64,000 bases of DNA from Octopus sinensis (Eukaryota), in NCBI RefSeq assembly GCF_006345805.1, contig NC_042998.1, forward strand, positions 172,546,001 to 172,610,000, read 5' to 3'. Position numbers and translations under genes: made by a program. Within the stretch, counting starts at the first letter, position 1. Each line of letters opens with the position of its first letter. The notes beneath the pieces were generated by a model. The model saw only the letters and a list, made by a program, of their open reading frames with translations. It made no database searches and had not been told where the DNA came from. Below, piece after piece: positions 1-12,775 of this stretch.

Positions 1-59
1 CGTTAGTCACATCGTCATCAGCACTATTTTGTTTTCGACAACTGAAAGTTTCAAGCAAC

Positions 60-640
60 TTTCTATTGCATCATTTGTTGCAATTTTGTGTTGTTGGGGT
101 GGTGTGTGCTGCATTTTTTGGGTGTGGGGTGGATATTGTATTGTATCAGTACGTTAAGTTATGGAGTTTGGTTTGAGCTTTCTGTTGTATTTATATTGTT
201 GTTTTTGTATATTGTTGTATTCTGCTGTTTTTATATTGTGTGTTGTTTGTGCGGCGCAGGTTGCGTTCTTCTGTCGGGTATCGGCCTTCTATGTCACATA
301 CAGTTCTATATTTAAGAGCTGAGGAATTATGTACATTATTTACATTATTTACATTTGACAGATATTTGTCCTCATCTTGTTTGTTGTTAACATAATACCT
401 CAGGAATGAGAACCCAGGTTCGAAATTTTCGCAAGGCACCTGATTGAAGGCTAGAGGGTATATCAGCCGAAATATTGTGTTAACAACAAACAAGATGAGG
501 ACAAATATCCATCAAATGTAAATAATGTAAATATTGTTCTATGACACGTGTTTTGGGTTTTGTTCACATTGTTGGGTATTAACAGTATGAGTTTATTCTT
601 GTATGTTTTGGAGGTGTGTTTGTAACTCATAAATCAACTG
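60..640 (-). mobile_element. Degraded Penelope-like element remnant / pLTR-type sequence
   Basis: Strand-skewed low-complexity DNA with an inverted repeat (338-397/473-532) and a degenerate hammerhead-like motif (437-479), an arrangement typical of PLE ends. No clear protein motif was recovered. Confidence 0.35.
437..479 (+). ncRNA. Degenerate minimal hammerhead-like motif
   Basis: CAC-CTGATTGA-A-GGCT(agagggtatatc)AGCC-GAAAT-ATT-GTG. Stem I CAC/GTG and stem II GGCT/AGCC are present; the core and stem III deviate from consensus. Confidence 0.45.
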
Positions 641-699
641 TTATATAGTATTTATGATTATCTGTCCCCGTTCTTTTGGTTGGTTTTGTTGTAGGTTCC

Positions 700-701
<2 letters not shown>

Positions 702-730
<29 letters not shown>

Positions 731-787
731 TAATAATAATAATGATAATAATAATAATAATGATAATAATAATAATAATAATAATAA
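702..787 (+). repeat. (TAA)n microsatellite, 5' flank of the Dong-like element
   Basis: Directly visible. Confidence 0.95.
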
Positions 788-3215
788 TTGGAAATCCCCC
801 GGTAAAGATAAGGTGCCGAATTTCTGGCTAGCATCGCTCCCATGCGCACACGGTAAGCTAGTTCAGCTGCTCAATGGAATTATGAGAGACCCAAAGAAAA
901 CACCTGAATGGTTAGCAAGTGGCATTACTTACCTACTCCCAAAGAATAACGAAACCAACCTTCCAAAAAACTATCGGCCTATAACCTGTCTATCCACCAC
1001 GTATAAAATCCTAACATCTATCCTGGCGGAGAAAACATATGCATTCATGGAGAAGAATGATATTTTCCCCATTGAACAAAAAGGGTGCCGCCGAGGCTCT
1101 TACGGATGCAAAGATCAACTGCTAATCAATCGTATGATCCTTGAGAACTGTCACAACAAGCGCAGAAATCTCAGCACCGCATGGAATGACTATAAGAAGG
1201 CCTTCGACAGTATACCGCATCCATGGATCTTGAGATCGCTGGACATCTTCAAAATTTCCCCTGTGATTTCAAACTTCCTGAAGCACAATATGTCGTTGTG
1301 GAATACGAATCTCCAATTATACCACTCTAATGGAGTACTTGCCTCAGAAAATATAAACATCAACTGTGGAATTTTTCAAGGTGACTCACTTTCACCTTTA
1401 ATATTCTGCATAGCCCTAATACCCCTTACAAGTGAATTAAACAGAACAGGGTATGGGTATAAAATTGCCAATAAAAAATAAGCCATCTATTTTATATGGA
1501 TGACTTAAAACTTTATGGTAAAGACAATAATGAACTTGAAGGCCTATTGCGCACCGTGAAAGCATTCAGCGATGACATCGGGATGGAGTTTGGACTTGAG
1601 AAGTGTGCCAAGGCCACTTTCCAGAAAGGGAAAGTGAAGACCACAAATTCAGTCGTGTTAGATGTTGACACAGTCATAAGAGAGCTTGAGCAAGAACAAA
1701 CATACAATATTTGGGAATAAATGAAGGCTCTGGTATTCAGCATGCAAGCATGAAAGAGAAAATCAGGAAGGAATGTTATAGGAGAGTTCGTGCAGTCCTG
1801 AAATCTGAACTAAATGCACGTAACAAGGTGTTAGCTATAAATTCCTTAGCAGTTCCAGTTGTTACTTATACTACAACAATTGTTGAACTGGAATATGAGT
1901 GAAGTAAAGAATATAGATAGGAAAATACACAAGCTGCTGAGTTGTAATAGGATGCACCACCCAAGGCAGACGTAGATCGCCTTTACCTTCCCAGAGCCCA
2001 AGGAGGTCGAGGCCTGATCCAATTTGAACTAGCTTACAAAACAACCACAATTGGACTGGCCAAATATCTCGAAATATCGAATGACTGGATGCTAAAGCTC
2101 GTGGAAAATCACGAGAGACGAAAGAAGCTTCATTCTATCATAAAGGAAAGCAAAAAATTTGCTACTGATCTCGTGCAGGATACCCAAACTGAACAACCCG
2201 AGGGAAGTACGGCAACTATTGTTGCAAAGAAGGTGAAAATGATGACAATGAAAAAAGCGCACGAGCAATTGGCTGATAGGTGGGAGGAGAAACCTCTGCA
2301 CGGCAAATATGTGACCCGCAGCAAACAAGCTGATGTTGACCAGAAGCAAACCCATCAGTGACTACGGAGCTCAGGGCTAAAAGCAGAGAGCGAAGGTTTC
2401 ATCCTGGCTGCTCAAGATCAAAGCCTATTAACCCGGAACTACCAGGCCAATGTGATGAAAAATGGAGCAGACCCAAAATGCCGATTCTGCAACGACATGA
2501 TTGAAACAGTGGACCACCTAATCTCTGGATGTAAAGTCTTAGCACCAGTGGAGTATAAATTAAGACATGACAGAGTTGGCCAATATCTCCACTGGCTAAT
2601 TAGTCGGCATTACAATATCAAAACTGCCGACAAGTGGTATAATCACCACCCTGAGGCTGTAACTGAAGGAGAAAATGTAACCATTCTGTGGGACTTTCCA
2701 GTACATACAGACCGAACCATCAAAGCCAATAAACCAGATATTGTTGTGAAAGACCAAAACAATAAAGTTTGCTTATTGATCGACATGAGCATCCCCTGTG
2801 ATCATAATATCTCAGCGAAAGAGTTTGACAAGCTCAGAAAATATAAAGACCTACTCATTGAAATTGAGAAAATGTGGCATCTCAAGGCGGTTACAAAACC
2901 AGTGATCGTAGGAGCACTAGGAATGAACCGAAAATTATATGAGAATGATCCCTGGCTTACCATCCCTGCAAGAAGTGCAAAAGATTGTCTTAACTGGTAC
3001 ATCACACGTATTGAGAAGAGCATTGTCGATGTGAGAACTGTTGCTGCTCATGTATTTTAATTTAACTTAAAAAAAAAAAAAATTGAACGAACTACTGAGT
3101 TTGGTTTAATGGCCTACCAATGTATACTATGAGCTTCTTTGCCCTAGGAGTCGGGAAGACACCCGGCAAGAAATGGAAGCAAATTTGAAAGAAGAAAAAA
3201 AAAAAAAAAAAAAAT
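788..3215 (+). mobile_element. 5'-truncated R4/Dong-type non-LTR retrotransposon (RT, CCHC zinc knuckle, restriction-like endonuclease), frameshifted
   Basis: ORF pieces 813-1481 (NYRPITCL, DYKKAFDSIPH, GIFQGDSLSP), 1496 (MDDLKLY), 2452-3060 (CRFC..HLISGC, KPDIVVKD..LLIDMSIP, PVIVGALG). The 3' UTR ends in poly(A) running into (TAA)n. Several frameshifts and a TGA at ~2358. Confidence 0.93.
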
Positions 3216-3225
3216 AATAATAATA

Positions 3226-3287
<62 letters not shown>
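3214..3287. repeat. (TAA)n switching to (TTA)n
   Basis: Directly visible polarity switch between two convergent retrotransposon tails. Confidence 0.9.
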
Positions 3288-3288
<1 letters not shown>

Positions 3289-3390
3289 TTCATTGTTATC
3301 TTTCAATTCTGTTTCCTTTTCTTGCCGAGTATATTCCTGACACCTAGGGCAGAGAAACACACTGTATGCATTTGTAGGTCACTAAAATAA
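3288..3390 (-). mobile_element. 3' UTR-only fragment of a related Dong-type element
   Basis: The reverse complement (tttagtgacctacaaatgcatac...tgccctaggtgtcaggaatatactcggcaagaaaagg...ttgaaaga) aligns by eye with the 3' UTR at ~3105-3190 (tttaatggcctaccaatgtatac...tgccctaggagtcgggaagacacccggcaagaaatgg...ttgaaaga). Confidence 0.8.
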
Positions 3391-3985
3391 ACAAACCAGA
3401 TTGTTCATTTACAAAGTCATATGACAGAGAAAAGGGAAGAAAGACAGGGAGAAAAATGAAAAAATTAAAAATATAAAAGTAAACAAAAAGGATAAAAGGA
3501 AAGAAAATTCACAGCAACAATGCTCTTCTCAATACGTGTGACGTATCACTTAAGACAATCTTCCTGCATTGACGGTAATCCAGGGATCGATCTTCAATAA
3601 TTTTCAGTTCCTTTTTTGATCATTCGAAGTGCTCCTACAATCACAACAATATAAATACAATATAAATATAAGTGCTCCTACCATCTACTATATGCGTGAT
3701 ATTATTAAATGTTGTTTAGTTTCAGCTTTTGTTTTGTATGTTATGGTTGGAGCGGATTGTAGGAGAAAAAGAAGTAGCTTGGTGAATAGACCAAATTACA
3801 CAGGTCTTTAAATAGGTTCGACTGATGGTGAGAAGGAGATGAACAATGGGGCTTTGTGATCAGGAGACAAAAGAAGCGTCATGTCCTTGCGGTCAGCAAA
3901 GGTCAAATGTATTTACTACTACTAGCAATCAATGAGGGCGCCGATCATATTCACCTTATTCTGTTCTTAATAACTGATAGAAATA

Positions 3986-4065
<80 letters not shown>

Positions 4066-4280
4066 AGAATGTTTTGCGTAATGAGATAAAATAAAACCAA
4101 TTACGCAAAAAATTCTTATACACACACGCTGACATAGAACCAACGTTGAACCCCTTTTTCTCAAAATTACCGAATCTTGAACTTAACTACGGTCTGTCTA
4201 TAGCATTTATTCAGCATTACCTGACACCTCTGGGTCTCAATGACACCATTATATATATATATATACATACTCGAGTAGTC

Positions 4281-4625
4281 AGGGAGAAGAGAAAGGTAAA
4301 ATTTTCACAGAAAGTTGTAGATATTAAAGTTTTAAATTTTCTAAAGTTGGTCGTGTGTATGTCCGGCTAGAGAAAAGTGTGGCATTTTTGCAATAAAAAG
4401 GATGTATACATTTTCGAATATTCAGGGAGGAAGGAAAGGAAGGAAAAGAAGGGTAAAATTTTCATAGAAAATTGTAAATAAAGTTTTCAAATTTTCTAAA
4501 GATAATCATTTTTATGTCCGACCAGAGAAAACTAGTGTTCTCGTAATAACAAGGGTGTTTACTTTTTCGAATATTCAGGGAGAAAGGAAAAAAAAGAAAG
4601 GTAAAATTTTCAAGGAAAATTGTAT
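4281..4625 (+). repeat. Diverged tandem repeat, ~150-157-bp unit, ~2.3 copies
   Basis: ggtaaaattttca recurs at ~4295, ~4452 and ~4600; tttcgaatattcagggag recurs at ~4412 and ~4566. Confidence 0.8.
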
Positions 4626-4642
4626 TATTATTATTATTATTA

Positions 4643-4675
<33 letters not shown>

Positions 4676-4748
4676 GTTGTTGTTGTTGTCGTTGTTGTTG
4701 TTGTTGTATTTGTTGTAGTAGTAGTAGTAGTAGTAGTTGTTGTTGTTG

Positions 4749-4797
<49 letters not shown>

Positions 4798-4805
4798 CAT
4801 CATCA
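4624..4805. repeat. Compound trinucleotide microsatellite (ATT/GTT/GTA/CAT)
   Basis: Directly visible; reads (TAA)n on the minus strand, next to the 3' end of a Dong-like element. Confidence 0.95.
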
Positions 4806-4825
4806 TTCAGTAGTTTTAATTTTAT

Positions 4826-5282
4826 AACGTGCTTTCACTTCACTACCGAGCGCAGCTCTGTGTGCCTTGGGTATATGCTGTGATTTGTTGTGATGCTCTG
4901 ATGGTTACTGTATTGAAAGTGTTCTGCGTAGGATGTGTGCAGTGCCTAGTAGTGCAATTTTCTGTATGTTATATGTGTTTAGAAATCCTGGTGTTTTTGT
5001 TATGTATTTGTCTGAATATTTGTTTATCATGCCTAATGCACCTACTATGATAGGAATTGTTCCTCTTTTTAGATTCCACATTCTAGTTACTTCTATTTCC
5101 TGTCTTTGTATTTTGAAAGTTTCTCCATTTCTTTTAGAGACGTTGTCATCTGCTGGTATTGATACATCAATTAGAAAGCATTTTTTTTCTTCATGATCTC
5201 TGACAACTATATCTGGTATGCTGGCCTTAATTTCTCTATCTGTGTGTATTGGCATATCCCAGAGTATGGTTGCTTTCTCGTT

Positions 5283-5317
<35 letters not shown>

Positions 5318-6215
5318 ATTTGGCTCAAAAGCAAATAGCAAGGCCATGTAGGGGGACATGGTGTTAAGTACAGGGCGGTGTTCATGTAAAGAGTTCAGGC
5401 CAATTGAGGTCCAGGGAGGCTTTGAACAAAGCGGTCGTCGGCATCTTCACCATCTCGTCTGGCAGCTTGTTCCACGGATCCGCAACCCGGACGGAGAAAG
5501 CTCCTCTCCTTCGATTGAGATGAAATCGTCGCAGGTAGAGCTTTTCGGAATGACCCCGCAGCCGACGCTCTGGAGCAGGAGTGAAGAACAGCTCTTTCGA
5601 GAGGTTACACTTTCCGCTTATGATGTTGTGGGCGAGAATGAGATCACCACGGCGGCGGCGTTTTTCAAGAGAATAAAGGTCGAGCGTCCTCAGCTTTTCT
5701 TCGTAGGACAAATTTTTTAGACCATGAACCATGCGGGTAGCCAGCTTCAGGACTCTTTCGAGATGCTGTATGTCTTTGAGGAGATAAAGAGAAGAGGCTT
5801 GAATCCCAAACTCCAATATGGGTCTCACCAGCGTGACATAGAGTGGTAGGAATATGGCTGCTGTGAGCATTCCGAATGACCGTCGAATCAAGAAAAGAAT
5901 TCCGCGTGCTTTGTTGGCAGCATGGACGCACTGGGCCGAAGGCGAAAAGGAGGAATCCACCAAGATACCTAGGTCCTTTACCTGATCGGTCCTCTCTGTG
6001 ACTTTTTCTGGTGTGTGCCTATACCATCTTTTTTCTGTTGTTATTCTATAATGTTGGCATAGCTTCCAGTGTATGTAGGTCCCAAATGTGTCGCGTCTGT
6101 GAATATATTCCTTCTTAGCCAGGACTGGGCAGTCAGAGATAATATGATTTATTGTTTCTTGCCCATCTCCACATATTCTGCAGTTACTTGTTATATTTCT
6201 TTTCATATATTTCTT
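4826..6215 (-). mobile_element. 5'-truncated R4/Dong-type element (CCHC + RLE), interrupted by a CR1-type LINE at 5283-5993
   Basis: CRICGDGQETINHIISDCPVLAKKEY...PEKVTE (~6190-5994) continues as NEKATILWDMPIHTDREIKASIPDIVVRD..LIDVSIP..PIIVGALG (5282-4905). Confidence 0.9.
5283..5993 (-). mobile_element. 5'-truncated CR1-group LINE (RT C-terminus, 3' UTR, (CTAA)n tail)
   Basis: VKDLGILVD..LYVTLVRPILEFG..LERV..ATRMV..LYSLEKRRRRGDLI..RGHSEKL..FSVRVADPWNKLP is a typical CR1 C-terminus. The tail is seen as (TTAG)n at 5283-5318 on +. Confidence 0.9.
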
Positions 6216-6224
6216 TTCATATAT

Positions 6225-6390
6225 TTCTTCTTCTTCTTCTTCTTCTTCTTCTTCTTCTTCTTCTTCTTCTTCTTCTTCTTCTTCTTCTTCTTCTTCTTCT
6301 TCTTCTTCTTCTTCTTCTTCTTCTTCTTCTTTTTTGTTGTTGTTGTTGTTGTTATTATCATTATTATTATTATCATTATTATTATTATAA
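6225..6390. repeat. (TTC)n + (TTG)n + (ATT/ATC)n compound microsatellite
   Basis: Directly visible; source of the poly-E/K/F/L ORFs. Confidence 0.95.
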
Positions 6391-6989
6391 GCAAATTTTA
6401 TAAGCAAATCTATCCATCTACGATGGAGGCATAAAAAGAGGGAGGGAAGTCGTAACAGCAGTACGTATTGAGAAATGTGTAAATGGACTTAATAGATTAC
6501 TGAGTGATGACTTAGAGAAATCAGATTATTGTTAGTGATACAGCATTCTGTTGCAGCTATATGACATCTGTTTGCAACTAAGTGACATGTGATTACGTTT
6601 CACTCCCGAACTGAAATAAGATTCCAGCCTATGCATCATGAATGGTTATGTGGACCATACCTAACGAAAGCCGTGTGTAAACATCGGAGTGGATAAAATC
6701 CACCTACACTATCTAAAGTCTTGTCCAGTGTCTTGTTTGCTGTGAATGCGCGAGTGGCTTCTTTTGGGTTGCAAAAAATTAAACTAAGACTTACCTCTCA
6801 CTTTTCTATGCGAATAATGTCTGGATGTTCTGATACCATAGGTTATTTTGAATAACAAAACTGAGATGTAAACAACAGTCGCTTCGAGGAGCCGTTTCGA
6901 ATTCTGCTCGAGGCTGACACACTTTAATAACCACTAAATGCACACACTATATACTGACACACACTTTTTCCATTTTATTTTCGCTATTA

Positions 6990-7302
6990 ACCGTCCCCGC
7001 GACCTCCTTCGTATCTACGTTGGGGCCACGAACTATACGATGAAAGTTCAGGGTTACTCGTAGTCGGTGAAATTTTTAATAAAAATGCGAAGGTGGTTTA
7101 TTAATTCAAAAATCGATATCCACGAAATAATCATACTTTCTGATTTTTTAATGTTAAAAACCTTCCTGACGACCGTCTTTGTAATCCCGAAAAATATTGT
7201 AACCATTGGTGCAGCTGTCTGAAGAGGGAACATACAAAAAGACGGACAGACAGACAGGCAGACAGGCAGACAGACGGACATAATGCCCGTTATAGTAAGA
7301 TT
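6990..7302 (-). mobile_element. Probable non-autonomous Helitron-like fragment
   Basis: The minus strand starts A^TCTTACTATA and is followed by a (GTCT)n block, like the 5' ends at 9825 and 19468. No 3' hairpin/CTAG was seen. Confidence 0.4.
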
Positions 7303-7703
7303 ATTATCATTATTATCAGCATCATCGTTATTACTAAAAAGCTATTATATGCTAATTTAATTAGCAAGCAATATCATCTTCTGGTTTCGTAGCAACCAGT
7401 GTCCTCAGATCTCAGGAATTTTTCTCAGGATTCTTGCAGAATACAGCATTGTACTTTTCTGTAGCTTACTAATGTATGTCTCCATTCCAGTAGCTTTCAG
7501 TCTCTTGATCAGCATTGCATTTAGGTTCTGTGCCTAGTGCACCAGTTACTTCAGGAACAAATATTACCATTGAGTTTCATAATCTCTTCATGTTTGTGCT
7601 CAGATCCTGATATTTCTCGATATCCTTCATTTCTTTGTTATATAATCTGTTATCATATGACATTTCAAAGTCTATGCTCTTACTTTATCTTTTCATATTT
7701 TAG

Positions 7704-8044
7704 CTTTTCAGTCATTAGACTGTAGCCATGTTGAGACACCGCTTTGAAGTATTTTAGTTGGACAAATCGATCCCAGGATTTATTTTTCTAAGCCTAGTAA
7801 TTATTCTATCGGTCTCTTGCCGAACCGCTAGATTACGGGGAAGTAAACACCAACTTGTGTTGTCAAGCGATGGTGAGGGCCAAACATAGATACAGACATG
7901 CATACATAGATATATACACTCATATATACATATATATATATATATATATACATACATATACATATGTATACATACATGCATGCTTGTATATATATACATA
8001 TATACATATATATATATATGCATATATATATGTATGTATGTATG

Positions 8045-8109
<65 letters not shown>

Positions 8110-8262
8110 CTTCTTTTCAGTTTCAACCTGTCATATCTACACAAGGTTTTAGTCGACCCGAGGCTATAGTAGAAGACACTTGCCCGGGGTGCCTCACAGT
8201 GAAACTGAGTCGGAACCATGTGGTTGGGAAGCAAGCTTCTTACCACCCAGCCACGCTTGCGT
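7704..8262 (-). mobile_element. tRNA-derived SINE (family A) with expanded internal TA/CA microsatellite
   Basis: Head (8110-8262) and tail (7704-7890) match the full copy at 35171-35563, separated by ~220 bp of (TA)n/(TACA)n. Confidence 0.85.
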
Positions 8263-8984
8263 CTTTGTGGAGTAATCCCATAACATTTTGGGGTCTCTCA
8301 TAGTTAAATACATACGGTATAATTTATCAATGTCCACTTTCAAGTTTACTCACACCAACTGTTGCCACAGCCAGACATTCAGACGTTGCAACTATCTACT
8401 GAACTTATGCCAATTTTATTAATTTTACTTACATCATTATTAAGCATTTACATATCGATTATTAAAACCATTAAAGTAAATATTCTGCTGTTTAATCCCT
8501 GGTTGGCGGTTTGCCATGTATGAGAATGTTCTTGACGGTTTACACTTGTCTCTAAGCCCTGTAGGCTTTCTATAATGCATCATCTACCTTAAGCAATGAC
8601 CTAATTGGCATTTTGTTAAACTTAATGAAATTGAATGCTATTTCTTCAGCAACATTAAATTGGAGAATCAGCAATGACTCTGGACAGATACTTAAATCCT
8701 TCCCTTCAATCTGTTAGAGACAAAGAGTGTAAATAACTCCATGACACGTCAATTTTACGACGTTTGTATCACAATAATTCATATTGATGCCACACATATA
8801 GAAACTTAAGCTTCATTCCAAACCTTGCGAAGAATTAATGCTATGTAACAGAATTCGGTATCCTCTAACCAATTTACAAAGATTTTATAAAAAAAATTCT
8901 CCTGCTGAATTAAGGCAAGTAAAAAAAGAGAATCATTATCTCTTATAACAACAAAAAACGAAAAAGTTAAATGTATATGCATAT

Positions 8985-9240
<256 letters not shown>

Positions 9241-9824
9241 TGAGCATATACATGTATACACACACTCACGCACTTGTATGGGTGAGGGTGAGTGTAGGCA
9301 GTCAATTATTAGTCTGCAGCCAGATGTGTCCCGACGAAATGGCTGGTCTTTTGTATTATGTAAAGCACGACTTATGAATAAATGACCTTACTAGTGAAAC
9401 ATATTTAGCGCGGAGTGAACGGCTATTGTCCTTTTATCTGCTCTATTATATTTCTTAATTGCATGACGTACGTAACTAATGTTTCTATTGAGAGTAGAGC
9501 TGTGGAGTATCAGATATCAAATAATCGTTCATAATCTCGTGATGGAATGATAAAATGAGAATATTATTAATTGATTAATTAAGTTAGTTATAAATGATCC
9601 TACACTGTAAACCGCAGGCCAATTACATACTGGAAGATATGAAACTAATAACCGCGATCGACGTAATCTGAACTAATTCACACAAACACATATGCATATA
9701 TATATATATACATATACATACATACATATATATATATATAATTATTATTATTTGAGGGAATAAAATCCAAGCGTACAAGGAAAACAATTCAATTTAGAAA
9801 TACTAAATCACATTTCACACAATA

Positions 9825-10337
9825 TCTATATATATAAAACTGTAGTTGTGTGAGTGTCTGTCCCCTTCGATTTAGATTCCTAACTACTCCCACATTTTGC
9901 GGTGCAGTTTAACCAAATTCGGGTATCTTATAGTCGTGATTCATATCGAGCCCGTCTGAGTATTAGCGCGCGTCTACGATGAGTCTACGATTTTAAAAAT
10001 AATTTAACATAATTTTTTATTCCATTTTAATGCATAATTTTTCGTGTATCGATGGCGGCGGAGTTGGCGTCCATGGTCACACCTGCACCTGTTTGCTTCT
10101 CCCCCTTCTTCCCTCCCTCGTGAAGCTGTGGGGAAGGGAGTGTAAGGAAATCAACGTCGTAAAGCGTTGTCAAGGAGACCAGCGTTCTCTTAGAACAACG
10201 ACTTCATGGCTTGAAGACACCAAAACAGAAATGGCTAAGAAAGCCCGAATTGGCATCTATAAGGGAAGTAACTCTCTAAAAATGCTTATATAGTTATTTC
10301 CCTTACAAACCCGAGCAACGCCGGGCGATACTGCTAG
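9825..10337 (+). mobile_element. Complete non-autonomous Helitron (513 bp)
   Basis: 5' A^TCTATATATATAAAA, subterminal GC-rich hairpin cccgagcaacgccggg (10310-10325), 3' CTAG^T; inserted between A and T with no TSD. Confidence 0.88.
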
Positions 10338-10394
10338 TAATATATATAAAAAATTAGAAAAAAACACCTTTTATCAATTCAAAATGAACAGTTA

Positions 10395-10650
10395 AATTAC
10401 ACCATCTAGAAAATTACATATAATAGAAATATTAAAATTAAATAACAATAAAATGTCAATGATTAAGTAAATTGCAAAAAAATAATAAAAGCGTATATAA
10501 TTAATAATTATATACGTTTTTATTATTTTTTGGCACAATTATATACGCTTTTATTATTTTTTTGCAATTTACTTAATCATTGACATTTTATTGTTATTTT
10601 AATTTTGATATTTCTATTATATGTAATTTCAAGATGCTGTAATTTAATTA
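10395..10650. repeat. AT-rich fold-back inverted repeat (arms ~10395-10502 / ~10537-10650)
   Basis: aatgtcaatgattaagtaaattgcaaaaaaataataaaagcgtatataatt versus aattatatacgcttttattattttttttgcaatttacttaatcattgacatt, extending outward. Confidence 0.85.
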
Positions 10651-10653
10651 TAT

Positions 10654-10714
<61 letters not shown>

Positions 10715-10889
10715 ATATATATATGTAGATGGATGGCTTCAATTTAATCGTGACTTAATTGTGATTTTACATCATCGTTTTCGTTTATTCTATGTTTCTT
10801 TAATCAATATAAATTTGTTGATAGTTTCAATGTATAACTTAACTGGATAAAAAGCTAAGATGACAAAAAACAAAACAAAAAAAAAAAAA

Positions 10890-11470
10890 CAGGTAGATTT
10901 CCAGTGTAGGATATGTAAATCAAAGGAAGAAAGTATAACTCATATAGTTAATGAATGTTGGCACAGAACGAATACGAGAAAAGATGTGGTAACACGGGGG
11001 AAATAATCTACTGAAAGTTATGCAGTAAGTTAGGATTTGATCAAACATGGACCTAGTAAAATGCTAGAAAGTAAGGAATAGGTGTTGTGGTATTTTAACA
11101 TTCCGACTGACAGAGTGATAGAAGCTACAAGGCCTGATTTAGTAGTAGTTGACAAAGAGATTAGAAAGTGCGAGGTAACTGACTTTACATTCTCAATTGA
11201 TGAGAAGGTCAATATGAGAAGTATAGAGAAAATAGCGAAGCACCAGGATCAGCCGTTGAATAACAGAGGCTATGGAAAGTTGCGGATAAAATGTATCCTA
11301 GTAGTATAGGTGCATAAGGAACCATTCCTGCAAATTTGAACAGATGAATAGAGGAAGCAAGAATAAATCTTAGTATAACGCAGCTCCAGAAGTCAATGTT
11401 ATTAGGGACACCCTGGATACTTAGTAAGGTTCTTGGCATTTTAGGTTATTCTTTGTAGCTTGATATTAGG
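10890..11470 (+). mobile_element. Old R4/Dong-type 3' fragment (CCHC + RLE)
   Basis: CRICKSKEESITHIVNEC..AQNEYEKR, then LWYFNIPTDRVIEATRPDLVVVDKE; heavily decayed. Confidence 0.75.
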
Positions 11471-11473
11471 ATA

Positions 11474-12765
11474 CTACATTTGTCGCTATCGGTAGCGTTG
11501 TCTATTTTGCATATCATGTAGTTGGTCCTTAACGCTTGTTCATGAGCTACGCATTTGTGTGCTTCTGTCTCTATCTCCAGGCCATTCCTCCTCATCCTTA
11601 GCCGCCGGTCCTCTTGGCGTTCACATCTCTTGCAAACTGACGGTACATTTTCTTTAACTTCCATGCTCTTTCTTTTGTTTTGTTCATTTCTTGTTTAAAC
11701 CTTTAGTTACACAATTTTCAGTTTTGATGACGCCGGCCTTCTTCATGTGTTTCAACAATGGCTGCACGGCATTTTTTATATACTACACTAGGCTGTTTTT
11801 CTCTGCTTCGATACAGTGCTGGCAACTGATTAAACCTCCCCCACCCTTTCTTCTGGACAAGTACAGCCTATCGGTGTCACTCATAGGGTGGAGGGTTCCG
11901 TGTACCGTAAACATTTTTCTGGTCTTCGTATTAATTTTCTTCACTTCTCTCTTTTGCCAATTTATGATTCCCGCTCCATACCGACGAGATGCTATCACCC
12001 ACGTATTAGCTGTTTGAATTTTATTCTATCCAGTCAATTTTGAGCGCAGCACCAACCCCAGTTTTCGGAAATGCTCCATCTTCAGTTGCTCTTTCATTTC
12101 CTTTTCCATTATCTCGTTGAACTCTAGCACCTCAAAGTATTTGTATTCTTCCGTTTCAATTTGTTTAATCAAGTCTCTGTTCGTAATTCTATCCTTGCTA
12201 GGGACTGTACCTTGCCTCTTTTTAGGTAGATTATTCCGCATTTCTTAAGTCCAAGTTTCATTCTAATATTAGTACTAAAACAGTGAATCGTGATCATCAA
12301 GGAACTCACTTGTGTCTCATCTTTGCCATATAATTTCAAATCATCCATGAAGAGGAAGTGGTTGATTGTTTGAGATTTTCCCTTTAGCTGGCACCCCAGG
12401 TTCATTTTCCTAAGTACCAAGGTCAGGAGTATCACGCAGAGGACAAAAACAACGGAGATAGGCTATCGCCCTAGAAAATCCCTTTTCTGATACCCAGAGT
12501 GCCCAAGCTTTTTCCGTAAGATGTCAGTTCAGTTTTCCATCCCACCATACTTCTCTTCAGGAAACACGTTACATTCCTCGTAACTCCAAACTGATCTAAG
12601 CATTCGATGATCCACGAATGGTGAATCATATCATAAGCTTTGTCAGGCTATTCCCCGATTTGTTCTCCTTCGTTTACACTCTTGCATTACCATTTTGTCT
12701 ATCAATAGTTGATCTTTGGTACCTCTGCATCTACGTCTACAGCCTTTTTGATCCGTCGATAAGAT
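11474..12765 (-). mobile_element. Old R4/Dong-type RT fragment
   Basis: INHFLFMDDLKLYGK, AGIINW..TKTRKMFTVHGTLHP..DRLYLSRRKGGGGL, RALRTNY..KID; many stops and frameshifts. Confidence 0.8.
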
Positions 12766-12775
12766 ATCGACGTGA

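Noticed and set aside
6780-6900. Minus-strand GAG|GTAAGT donor suggesting an exon
   Set aside because: An isolated splice-like word without a convincing acceptor or recognisable peptide; expected by chance.
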